Shown: positions 1-10,125 of the stretch, one piece after another
How the letters are laid out: every line of letters starts with the position of its first letter
Position numbering within the stretch: position 1 is the first letter of the stretch
Assembly (NCBI GenBank): GCA_964035545.1
Contig: OZ037772.1
Span: forward strand, 1,054,001 to 1,118,000
From: Bugula neritina
Taxonomy: Eukaryota > Animalia > Bryozoa
Direction of reading: 5' to 3'
Length of the DNA: 64,000 nucleotides
Notes under the pieces: model-generated
The model's database searches: none
What the model saw: only the letters and a program-made list of their open reading frames with translations
What the model was told of the DNA's origin: nothing
Program-made: the position numbers and the translations under genes

Positions 1-1015
1 TCTTTCGAAATTCATTAGCAACTGTGAATTCTGACCCAAATCTTTCTTTCAAAATTATTCTGGCCTTTTGGTATGCTGCTAGTGTATGTAAACTGCATAG
101 GCCACTAATTGCTTCCCTAGCAGGTCCATCAACATGCTGTTTCAAGACATACATTTTACCATCATCACCTATCATTTTATCCTTGATGTAACTCTCTATG
201 GCATATTCCCAATCTATAAAGTCTAAGGGATTTCCCCTAAATATTGGTGGCTTCGGCACATTGTTGGCTTGTATTGCTCTTGTTAAGCATGTGGCCAGGT
301 ATTCATTACTGCATGTAGAATGCTGTGATTCATTGTTTTGCATGCTGCCTATTTGCTGTGGTTGGTTGCTTTGCAAAACTTCTACTGGCCTACTAAAAAT
401 AACTTCACTATTGCTTTCCTGATTCACTATTGGTTGGCAATTATCTAAATACTCTGCTAGCTCATCTCTAACATCTACATCATGTTCCTCTATTATTTCC
501 TGCCTTATTCTCAGTTGTTTCTGTTTTTCTAACAGCTTACTTTTACTTAGTTCCAACTGGACATTGGCTAACTGCCTTTCTAGCTCAGCCTGTCTTTGCA
601 TGGCTTCCATTTCACTTTCTAATTGTGCAACTTGCAATTTTGTCTTGGCTGAGATGAATGAGCTTGCTTTTGATGTGTGTTTACTGCTAGCATGTACTGA
701 ATGGCTTTCGCCCTTACATTGTTCATGTATACTGTTAATTTGCTGTGTTAAGTCCTCAAGGTGAGGATGACTTGGAGCTAATGACTTTAGAATTGCTAAG
801 TCAGCATCTGCATCTAACATAATTCGTTGTATGTCATCCCAAAATTCATTATCATGATTGTCTGTTGCTGCATGCCTACTTCTAAACCTTTTAATTGCAC
901 TTGTGACAGATTTAAGCCTTTTTTCTACCTCTAATTGTTTTCCCTTTGTAGATAGGGTTTTGACTCTGCTGCTAATCCTAATGCTATTACTACATGTGGA
1001 TGTGTCATCATTCAT
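1..1015 (-). mobile_element. BEL/Pao LTR-retrotransposon gag ORF, 5' part (runs off the window)
   Basis: Minus-strand frame from ATG at 1015 (MNDDTSTC...) has a coiled-coil stretch and ends ...VPKPPIFRGNPLDFIDWEYAIESYI...LKQHVDGPAREAI...ILKERFGSEFTVANEFRK, the DUF1759-type BEL gag signature. It is missing from the ORF track because it has no stop inside the window. Confidence 0.8.
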
Positions 1016-3167
1016 TGTTGCTGTGTTAGTAATAGTGACAGTTAGTGATAAGCATGCATTTACTTACTACAGCTATTTTATAACCTAAATTCAGTAGGAA
1101 AACTAGTTTGGACTAGTTTGTCAAGAATTATCACTAGCCAACAGCTAATGCAAACAAACAGCTGATGCCAGCACAGGGATTGTACCCAACTGCCCAATCA
1201 GAAACAGGGAGATCCTAATTAATTTTATGGGGCTTCGACACAATGTCTATCAAATGGAGTTTCTATAATTACAATACTTCAAAAAATAAAACTGCATGCA
1301 AGCCTAACTGTTCTAATAACTTTCCATTCAACTATTTCCTTTATAATTATGTCACTTATATGTGAAGGTGAGGGTTATATGGTAATCTCTCACCAATCTG
1401 CTGATTCCAGGTCACCTTTGTATGTAGTTGAGAGTAGTTGAGAATAATCCTGATAAATGTTAGTAATGTTTATATAGTTGAGGTGGGTAGAAGTGAGGTT
1501 CTCTTTGTGGTCGTCTTATGTTTGTCGGCTTCTTTTGTTGGACTTGAGATGGAGCTGTTACTCCCGGACTTGAGAAAGAGTTTTTACTATAGAATGACAC
1601 TCTTTGCTATGACTCTTGCTTTAGAGTGACACTCTAGCTTATACAGCCTGACTAGGAATAGGGAGGGTTTTAGACGTGATCAGAGTTTATTTGAGTCACC
1701 AATGTTGATCAAATACTGACCGTAAAAACTAAAATAATAATGATACAACATAAGGCATAAGGCAAACAAAATGTACGTAATATAATAAGTATGTATGTAA
1801 AAGCACTAGCAATGTATATCATAAATTGTAGATAGCAGCATGAAATAATGATTCAACATAGCATGCAACTACAGCCCATATTATTAAAAACTTTATAACA
1901 TAAAAATGTAATAACGATATATAAAATTTGTAAATAGATGTTCATTACCTCTTTTCTCTCTCTCCTAGTCTACTGTTATGTTAATGCTGTGGCTTTGCAC
2001 AGTCTTTCAAATAATGCTACTCTTTAGTAGTCTTACATAAATTTGATGCTGTCCAAACTGACAGCATGACTCTAACAATATTGCAACTACTAAAAATGGT
2101 TTTGTCTTATATACTAATCCATTTGATAAACATTATTGTGTTGTAAGAGGTATGATTTTACAATTTACTATTTTGGGGTAGGATCTTACTGTTTCAAGAA
2201 GTGGGCTGAAGTAAACAAGCATCGTGTGACATCACAGCTGATGCAAGCATAGCTGCTGACTATGAATCATTCTACATGCGTAGCTACTGTTTTGGGGTAG
2301 TAATTAAAGAAGCATTAGGTTGACTACTGGCAGCTTGTGGTTAGGCTAATTTGAGGTTGATGACATTGTGATTGTGTGTGATTGTACTACAAGCTATAAT
2401 TTCCGTAAACATCCTATTTCGTAACATTACATGTATAAATACAATAATCTATTCATGGCCCATAGTCTAACCACCAACAAGGACGAATAAATAAGACTGT
2501 GGCCTGACACTACTACTACAACTTATATAACTTACACACAACAGATTGTTAGGAGTATTTGAATCTGAGGCTATCCAATGTATGAGTAGGGCAGCCCTAA
2601 ATGTAGGATATTGGAATACCATGTCTTATTACTTCAGTCTAAAGCAGTGTTTATACCTTCACGATTTTCAGTCAGAAATTCAATTTTGCCCAGTCGCATT
2701 TCATTCTAAAAGCCAATCATCAAAATTTTTGCTTTGTACATGCTTAATCAAATAATTTTAGAGTAACAATCAAAGGGAATGATAACTCCTTTAGATATGG
2801 GGTATTCATGTTTATAATTACATCGGCTGTCTTTTTCAATTATCACTTTTATGCTGTCAACTTAATTTATTACGTTTTCAAAGGGCATCAAATAGTGATT
2901 AAGCGAGTTATATTTGAGTATTGCAGAGTGAGCTTCCTTATCAATATGATATCAACAACTTTAAGTAAGACTATAGAGGGGCGGGAAACACTGAACTCCT
3001 TTTAGTAAAGATAGAAACGCAACTTCAGTTTAAACTGCTTACACACATAACTGTGTGTTCACTACCGAGCAGTGTACACTGATAAATCAGTGCTTCAACT
3101 GAAACTTGGAAATAAAGGAATGAAGAGCTCAATTGAGTATAAAATGTAGAGAATAATTGAACTGAAC

Positions 3168-3770
3168 CTTTCTTATGGCCAACTGGTGTGTCCACGTTAT
3201 ACGTTACTACAGCCTTCTCCTTTTTCTCTTTCACTTTTTTCTAGAAAAAAAAAATCAAATTTGAAGAAAATAAAATGGAAATTGTTAGCTACAGATACAG
3301 ACAACTTCCAGGTAAAAGTACAGCCATACAGTCGCAATACGAATATGTAATTCAAGTAACACTTTCATGTAGAAGTACAACCATAAATACGAATAGAAAG
3401 TAACACAAGTATATACATTTAAGAGCCGTAGTGTAGAAATCGAGATAGCCTATGTTCTTTAATCTTATCAAATTTTGGTTTGGGGTCCGGCTTGATATTC
3501 TAACAAGAACACAACTTCTCATGCTACATTTCTAATCTATAACAGAGGCTTTCTCAATTTCTCCATTACTGCACCTACCTTAGTATATATAGAACCTGTA
3601 ACTAACTAAACAGACACCTCAGTAGTCGTGGCAGACTCTGCCTTCTGTTTAGCCTGCTTAGCTTGAAACTTGGCTAGTTTAGCAGCTTTAGCAGCTTCTT
3701 TCTTCAACTCTTTCTCAGATTTCACCTTGACCTCGCCAGTTGGCGCATCACCAGAGTTCACTTCCGACAT
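3168..3770 (-). CDS. VARS1: Valyl-tRNA synthetase, coding exons 1-2 (3770-3618, 3240-3168)
   Basis: Spliced translation is MSEVNSGDAPTGEVKVKSEKELKKEAAKAAKLAKFQAKQAKQKAESATTTE|KKVKEKKEKAVVTYNVDTPVGHKK. The intron is GT-AG and phase 0. The sequence resembles the Lys-rich eukaryotic ValRS N-extension (TY..xTP.G.KK). No third exon was found in the window. Confidence 0.7.
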
Positions 3771-4749
3771 GTCCGTTTATTGTGAGACTTTCCTTAAAAC
3801 ACAATCAGCCGGCATGGAACTAATAGATATCTCAATACTAAACATAAAAACTACTGACCCAGTATAGTTATAGAGAGATATCTTAATACTAATAATATAA
3901 ACTAATGGCTCAGTATTGCCTTAGTTATGCGTGGGAGTTCAGTGATAAAACTCCTATAAACCACACAGTTCAATAATGAAAGACTGTGACTTTTCACGAA
4001 CAGACATCTCATCTCTGATTCTAATGAAAAATCACGAAATTTTCAGACAAACGATACTGCATTTCAACTTTATAACTATTACATGATAATAATCATTGTC
4101 ATTTGAAAGATTCTGCTAAAATCGAAATGCCAATGTTAATCACAAGGTCAACCATAAATGACTCAGTCTGATGACTGACGGTTATGCTTAATGATTAATT
4201 AGTAATATGAATAGATTGCAAGTGATCAGCATGATGATGGTGATGATTGCTTTTTACCATCAAAGGTCAAACTTTGTAATTGCAGCTTGAAATGTAAAAA
4301 AAAAATAATACTACTTTTATTTAATTACACAAGTATAACTTACTATCATAACAACATTCAACTTTATGTAGTCATTATGAACATGATAACGGTTTACCTT
4401 TTACTTTAGGTGATAATTATACTATTCACGATTGTCGTTATGTCTACCATTATGATTATCTCAACTTTAACTTATCAATTACGATAATTAACCATTTATT
4501 TTTAATGATAAAAATTTAAATCATTGAATGAACATTAAAAATGATTTAATTTCACACTTTTATTATCATAACTATGAAATTAATATTAATAGGCATATTT
4601 GATTTTTAGATTACAATAATAATTATCAAATCATGGTATAGAATTAAATATTATAGTTATTATTATTATAAATATAATTAATATAATTGTACTTTTGAAA
4701 CTAAAATAGTAAGGTAAACTAAATGAATTATCGACATGAGTATGAGTAT

Positions 4750-5135
4750 GAGTAGGCCACAACTAGAAGGTGCAGCAGCAATTTGAGATCCCCGTTTGCA
4801 ATACCTCATCAAAGATATAGAACAGGTGCAAAATAATGCAATCAGATTCATTGCTAAATTGAAAGGCAGAGACAGTATCACTGTGGCACGTGACAAACTA
4901 AACCTAGAATCTCTCCCCGAAAGACGCTTCAAGCTGAGGCACAAGTTACTGTTGCGACTTCTATCTAATGAGGGAAATCAGGCATTTCTAACCAACTCCT
5001 ATGAACTGATGAACAGTAAAACCTAAAATACTAGGTTTACTAAGGCATCAAGCAGGGACGATCCCCCAACCATTTTTGCAAAATCAGCAGCCTACTACAG
5101 CAGCTTCTTTCCAAAAACAGCCCGAGAGCTTAAGT
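4750..5135 (+). mobile_element. 5'-truncated LINE 3' fragment (region C-terminal to RT)
   Basis: RPQLEGAAAI*DP..IKDIEQVQNNAIRFIAKLKGR..LNLESLPERR matches the RPxLEY..W.P / VQ..A.R motif of CR1/L2-group LINEs. It is related to, but distinct from, the LINE tail at 59.0-59.3 kb. Confidence 0.75.
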
Positions 5136-5849
5136 CTATGCTAAATAATTAGTCAATATACCAGAGTTGTATATGTGCAACATACTGAAAATACTTGCTA
5201 GCCTGTAATCAGCAACTGTAAAGGTGTGCCTCTTGCTACATGCTCTAATGCGTGTAAGAGGTAAGAGGACTATCAATATGACTATCAATATTAGTAGGAG
5301 TACCCAAGTCCCAGTAGACATAGTAGCTGTAGAAAGTCTATCCCAATCAGTAACTGTAAGCCGTGAGGGCTGAGACTATCACTAGGAATATAAAAAACTA
5401 TAACTTGAGTATAACTAATTGAAGGTGAGTTAACATAAATTAAAAAATAATAAATATAATTACTACAAAATCAAAATGAAATATGCATTATAAATATTTA
5501 TATTTTTATTTTATAATAATTTTTAAATTTATTTATATTATTTTATTTAAGTTCATCACCTTTCATTATGATTAATGAAATTCATAAATCATATTCATAA
5601 CGATAATGATAATCACTTAAAAAAATGAAAAGTGATAAACCCATAATCATAATGATTATTATTATCATTTATCGCTTATCAGTGATAATCATAATGATAA
5701 TCTTGATCATAATCAATATGAATATCAATATCATGTTATACTTATTCAATAATTATAACTGATTGATTCTTATTCATATTAATAATGAATAAAAAATTAT
5801 ATCAACACTACAACTTACTTAATTAGAGTATTAGTATTAGTATTACTAT

Positions 5850-6416
5850 TGTGATAGATTCTCATCCTCTACTGTTTTCAAGTAACTGCGTGTGTCAGTA
5901 ATATAATTACTGTTGCATATATTTTGAATGCTGTAATTGTAGCTAAGTTGCACTAGCTTTCTAATGCCTTATTATTGTGATTAAGCTTTCAGTATAATGT
6001 AATTTTCATTAAATACGCATTTCCAGAGTTATTTTCCCTTTTTGCTATTTCATCGTTTTGCATTAATACTGATACTGGAAATTTGTGTAGCTTTTATGAA
6101 TGCCTTCAATAGGTTGTTATTATAGCTAAATTCTTGGCCTATTGAATTATTCATTCTCCTTTGTCTATTTTTCTTTTGTTACTGTCAAGCTTAACTTTCT
6201 TTTGTCTGTTGGAACATTCTAGATGTGAATTCTTGTGTATAAAAGCAGGCGAGTTTCCAGTGTAGATTCAGACTACTACTGGAGCTCGCTGGTAGTAGGA
6301 CCACATGAGCTGTATCTGATACAATAAAGGTTATCCTCATTTGTACTCAAATACTTGGCTTATTCTTTCTAGAGCATGTAGGCACTAGTTGCATTCAGAA
6401 CCCACAGTTTACTACA
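5850..6416 (+). repeat. 5' LTR
   Basis: TGTGATAG...TTTACTACA, with TATAAAA at ~6238 and AATAAA at ~6323. Near-identical to 12245-12811. Confidence 0.95.
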
Positions 6417-6417
6417 T

Positions 6418-6436
6418 TGGTGGCAGCGGTGGGATT
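6418..6436 (+). promoter_or_regulatory. Primer-binding site, tRNA-Leu
   Basis: TGGTGGCAGCGGTGGGATT lies just after the LTR and is complementary to the 3' end of tRNA-Leu (...AAUCCCACCGCUGCCACCA). Confidence 0.85.
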
Positions 6437-6466
6437 TTCGAATAACTAGTTGCCGAGCGGCGCGCA

Positions 6467-7372
6467 ATGGCCCCAGGGGACTCAGCCCCTGAGGCAGCAA
6501 CACCACCAGCCCTCACGGTTGAGGCGCTGGTCACAGCCCTCCAGGGATTGCGGGGTCAAGGACAGGCATCACCTGGTGACAGGTATCGCCTCCAGCCCCC
6601 GAATTTCGGAGGAGAAGGAGACGTAGAGCAATTCATCAGGGAGTTCCAGGATGTGGCCACCATCGCTGAATGGCCAGTACGGGTGCGCATCCTCCAACTC
6701 CGGGCCTGTCTGACAGGCCGGGCCAAGAGCTTTGCTCTTGGGCCTGATGAAGAGCACATTATGCGGGCTCTGAGAGCCCGGTTCGGCCTAACAGCCGAAG
6801 AAGCAGCTGATCATTTGCAGATAATGAGGAGAGACCGGAAGACTCCTCTGGAAGATCACGCTAACGAGGTAGAGCGCCTGGCTCAGGCTGCTTTCGGTCA
6901 TGCCACTGGCGACGACCGGAAGCGCCTCGTTTATAACGCGTTCTTCCGGAGCGTGAATCACCCGGACCTGCAGCGATACTGGCTGGCCGCCAAGGTCAAC
7001 AGTATAGAGGAAGCGCTGGAAATGGGGAAGGCTTACTTCCAGGTGGAAGAGCCTAGGCGACCGAGCTATACAGCCCGCCAAGTGGTCGAGGAGCATGAGG
7101 AGACCACCCCACTTCCAACTCCACAGGTAGCAGCAGCTGCAACTAAATCACCCGAGCAGACGCAGCTCACCATGTTAATGGACATGATGAAAGGCCTGCA
7201 GGCTACGGTGACGAAGTTGCAGAACGAACAGGCGGATAGGCGGGCTCCCCGTTCACGGGACAACCCTGTCCGCTCATCTCTGCTAACCTGTTGGGGGTGC
7301 GGGGCGCATGGGCACGTGAGGAGGCACTGCCCTAGAGGCCAAGGGCCTTTAAACACCCAAGGCTCACGGTAA
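6467..7372 (+). CDS. gag: Gypsy Gag (301 aa)
   Basis: Intact ORF with a capsid-like PPNFGG..VEQF segment and a CCHC knuckle CWGCGAHGHVRRHC. Confidence 0.92.
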   Translation: MAPGDSAPEAATPPALTVEALVTALQGLRGQGQASPGDRYRLQPPNFGGEGDVEQFIREFQDVATIAEWPVRVRILQLRACLTGRAKSFALGPDEEHIMRALRARFGLTAEEAADHLQIMRRDRKTPLEDHANEVERLAQAAFGHATGDDRKRLVYNAFFRSVNHPDLQRYWLAAKVNSIEEALEMGKAYFQVEEPRRPSYTARQVVEEHEETTPLPTPQVAAAATKSPEQTQLTMLMDMMKGLQATVTKLQNEQADRRAPRSRDNPVRSSLLTCWGCGAHGHVRRHCPRGQGPLNTQGSR

Positions 7373-7391
7373 CTTCCGCCAACCGTGGGCC
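7348..7391 (+). promoter_or_regulatory. -1 ribosomal frameshift signal (T TTA AAC plus stem-loop)
   Basis: The heptamer 7348-7354 is in X XXY YYZ phase with gag. The -1 frame is open from here into pol. The 10-bp stem 7361-7370/7382-7391 starts 6 nt downstream. Confidence 0.8.
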
Positions 7392-10125
7392 TCACGCCAA
7401 TCCCATCCGGGATAGGACTCGAAGAGGAGAAGAAGAGACCTCCACAGGGTCTGCCGATACCGAGTGGCAGAGGCCACGGAGACCTCGGAGACCGCAAGGT
7501 CTACCCGATCCTCCGGCCGTGTCACTCGAGACCCGGATGCAGCTAGAAGAAGCAGGATGGCAGGCACCTCGGAGATCTCGGAGACCGCAAGGTCTACCCG
7601 ATCCTCCAGCCTGGCCACTCCGTAACCGGTTCGCGGGGTTGCCCGAGGAGGTTGTGGAGGAGGATTCAGCTTACTCGCAAGAGTACCCCAAGCTACCCTC
7701 CCGACCTCAGAAAACCCCCGTTGTCTCTAAGACGAAGAGGAGGCCCGCTGTGCGGACCCAAGTTGTGTCTCCCCCAGAGACTGACCGCTCCAGGAGCACC
7801 CAGCCGTATGGAAGCAGCTACTTCCTGCCCGGAAAGATTTCGGGTAAAGCTGCCACATTCCTACTGGATACTGGGTGCACTACCAACCTGCTGAGTAGGC
7901 GTCTCTTTGACACTCTTGGTGCACGAGAGCGGGCGAGCCTCGAGCCGTATGAAGGTGCGCATGGTACGTTGGCGGACGGATCATGCATTCCTTTCTACGG
8001 CGTCATTTCACTACCTGGACGCGTCCGTGATCAAGCAATTCACGAGACGTTCATAGTCAGCCAGCTGAAGGAGGACGCCATCCTGGGAATGCCGTTTCTG
8101 GAGAAACACCAGTGTTACATGGATTTCCAGAAGTCAGTGGTGGTGATGGCTGGGAAGGAGCTTGTCTGCGTCGACAAGTTCGGAAGGCCCTTGGTGGGCG
8201 GAGTCCAGGTAGTGCGGGACTGCACGGTTCCGGGGAGATCCCAGGCGACTCTTCGCTGCAGAGTCAACTGCAAAGGGATCGCCGGCCTGGGGGTGGTTGA
8301 GGGAACGCACGGAGCGATCCGACTAGCAAACAGCCTGAATCGGCTAGATTGTCGGCAGGAGCTCCTCGTGCAGTGCATCAACCCCTTCACGGAACCTATC
8401 CGATTATCGGCCGGAGCGCTGGTGGGGAAGTACCACTCCATCCAGGAAGCGGATGTGGGTCCGGCACTGGAGACAGTGGCCGACACCCAGGGTAAACCCC
8501 CTCACACCAGACGAGGAGCAGTCCCGGAGCATGTGGCTGACCTATACGATGGAGCGTGCGGAAACTGTACCAGTAGTACTGAACGCCAAGTACTGGCTCA
8601 ACTACTTGCAGAGTACAGTGATGTCTTCAGTCGTGGCGATGAAGACATGGGGCTGACCAAGATCATCTCCCACGAGATACCCCTGGCAGCCGGCACCACT
8701 CCCATTAGGCAGCCTACCCGGCGTCTAGGCCCGGAGAAGGAGAAGGAGGTGAGCCGACAGGTACAGGATCTTCTCGACCGGAATCTGATTGAGCCTGCCC
8801 ACGGTGCGTGGAGCTCTCCAGTAGTCTTGGTCAAGAAGAAGGATGGTAGCTGGAGATTCTGTGTGGACTACCGCAGACTCAACAGCGTTACCATCCAGGA
8901 CGCCTACCCTCTCCCACGGATAGATGAGTCTCTAGATGCCCTCGCGGGTAGCAAGTACTTCAGTACTTTGGATCTGCTTAGCGGGTACTGGCAAGTACCC
9001 CTCAGTCCTGATGCCCAGGACAAAGCAGCATTCATCACTCGCGACGGGCTCTGGAAGTGGAAAGTACTGCCATTTGGACTAACGTCCGCTCCGGCAACTT
9101 TCCAACGGCTCATGGAGCAGGTCCTCAGTGGGTTACACTGGAAGACCCTCCTCATCTATCTAGACGACGTCATTGTCATTTCCCCAGACTTCTCGACTCA
9201 TGTCAGTCGTCTGCGGGAGGTCTTTGACCGTCTCCGGGCAGCTGGACTGAAGCTGAAGCCCTCCAAGTGTGCACTCCTGCAGCCAGAAGTCACGTACCTT
9301 GGCCATGTGGTTGGCCGTGATGGGGTCGCTACCGACCCAGAGAAGGTACAGGCTGTGAAGGAGTGGACTGTCCCCCGTGACCTCCCTGAGTTGCGCGCGT
9401 TCCTGGGCCTAGTAGGGTACTACCGGCAGTACATACCTGGCTTCGCAGGAGTGGCTCAGCCGTTAAATCGGCTGACCGCAAAGGGGGTCCGGTGGCAGTG
9501 GACACAGGAGGAGCAGCAGGCATTTGACCACCTCAAGCAGCGGCTAATGGAGGCGCCAATTCTGGCGTATCCTGACCCAGCCCAAGAGTACATCCTAGAC
9601 ACCGACGCCAGCGACCACAGCGTGGGAGCTGTCCTGTCTCAAGTCCAGGGTGGAAGTGAGGTGGTCGTGGCTTACTACAGCAAGACTCTCGCGGCCGCCG
9701 AGAAGAACTACTGCACCACTAGGAAGGAACTCCTAGCAGTAGTCAAGGCGGTCAAGCACTTTCGGCCATATCTGTATGGGAGAACGTTCCGTTTGCGAAC
9801 AGACCATGCATCACTGATATGGCTGTGTAAACGTGCAGAGCCCTCGAGCCAGGTGGCTCGTTGGCTAGAGATTCTTGCCGAGTTCTCTTACCGGATAGAG
9901 CACCGTGCTGGCCGGAAGCACGGGAACGCTGACGGCATGAGCCGCCGGCCGGTAGGAGACTGTAAGCAGTGCCTGCACATTGAGAAGCGGGACGGGGGAC
10001 CCGCTCGCCTTGACGTGGAAACGGAGTTAGGGGAGGGCGCCGTCTATCGGTGGGAGCACGGCCATCTTCGGAATGACTCGGGACGTACGACTGCGGGTAC
10101 GGCAATGCGAGGTCTGCCAAGCTAG
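7348..10125 (+). CDS. pol: Gypsy Pol: protease, RT, RNase H
   Basis: Motifs LLDTGC (PR), WRFCVDYRRLN / LPFGL / YLDD (RT), LDTDAS / KELLA / RTDH / NADGMSR (RH). The frame is broken at ~10070. Confidence 0.93.
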   Translation, partial: FKHPRLTVTSANRGPHANPIRDRTRRGEEETSTGSADTEWQRPRRPRRPQGLPDPPAVSLETRMQLEEAGWQAPRRSRRPQGLPDPPAWPLRNRFAGLPEEVVEEDSAYSQEYPKLPSRPQKTPVVSKTKRRPAVRTQVVSPPETDRSRSTQPYGSSYFLPGKISGKAATFLLDTGCTTNLLSRRLFDTLGARERASLEPYEGAHGTLADGSCIPFYGVISLPGRVRDQAIHETFIVSQLKEDAILGMPFLEKHQCYMDFQKSVVVMAGKELVCVDKFGRPLVGGVQVVRDCTVPGRSQATLRCRVNCKGIAGLGVVEGTHGAIRLANSLNRLDCRQELLVQCINPFTEPIRLSAGALVGKYHSIQEADVGPALETVADTQGKPPHTRRGAVPEHVADLYDGACGNCTSSTERQVLAQLLAEYSDVFSRGDEDMGLTKIISHEIPLAAGTTPIRQPTRRLGPEKEKEVSRQVQDLLDRNLIEPAHGAWSSPVVLVKKKDGSWRFCVDYRRLNSVTIQDAYPLPRIDESLDALAGSKYFSTLDLLSGYWQVPLSPDAQDKAAFITRDGLWKWKVLPFGLTSAPATFQRLMEQVLSGLHWKTLLIYLDDVIVISPDFSTHVSRLREVFDRLRAAGLKLKPSKCALLQPEVTYLGHVVGRDGVATDPEKVQAVKEWTVPRDLPELRAFLGLVGYYRQYIPGFAGVAQPLNRLTAKGVRWQWTQEEQQAFDHLKQRLMEAPILAYPDPAQEYILDTDASDHSVGAVLSQVQGGSEVVVAYYSKTLAAAEKNYCTTRKELLAVVKAVKHFRPYLYGRTFRLRTDHASLIWLCKRAEPSSQVARWLEILAEFSYRIEHRAGRKHGNADGMSRRPVGDCKQCLHIEKRDGGPARLDVETELGEGAVYRWEHGHLRNDSGRTTAGTAMRGLPS

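Noticed and set aside
1370-1720. Possible 5' LTR/PBS of the BEL element (minus-strand TATA-like and TGGTG motifs)
   Set aside because: Several candidate boundaries exist and the partner LTR is outside the window, so the ends cannot be fixed.
4160-6760. Other CTGATGA motifs (~4169, ~5006, ~6744) as hammerheads
   Set aside because: None is followed by a stem II plus GAAA and a cleavage triplet.
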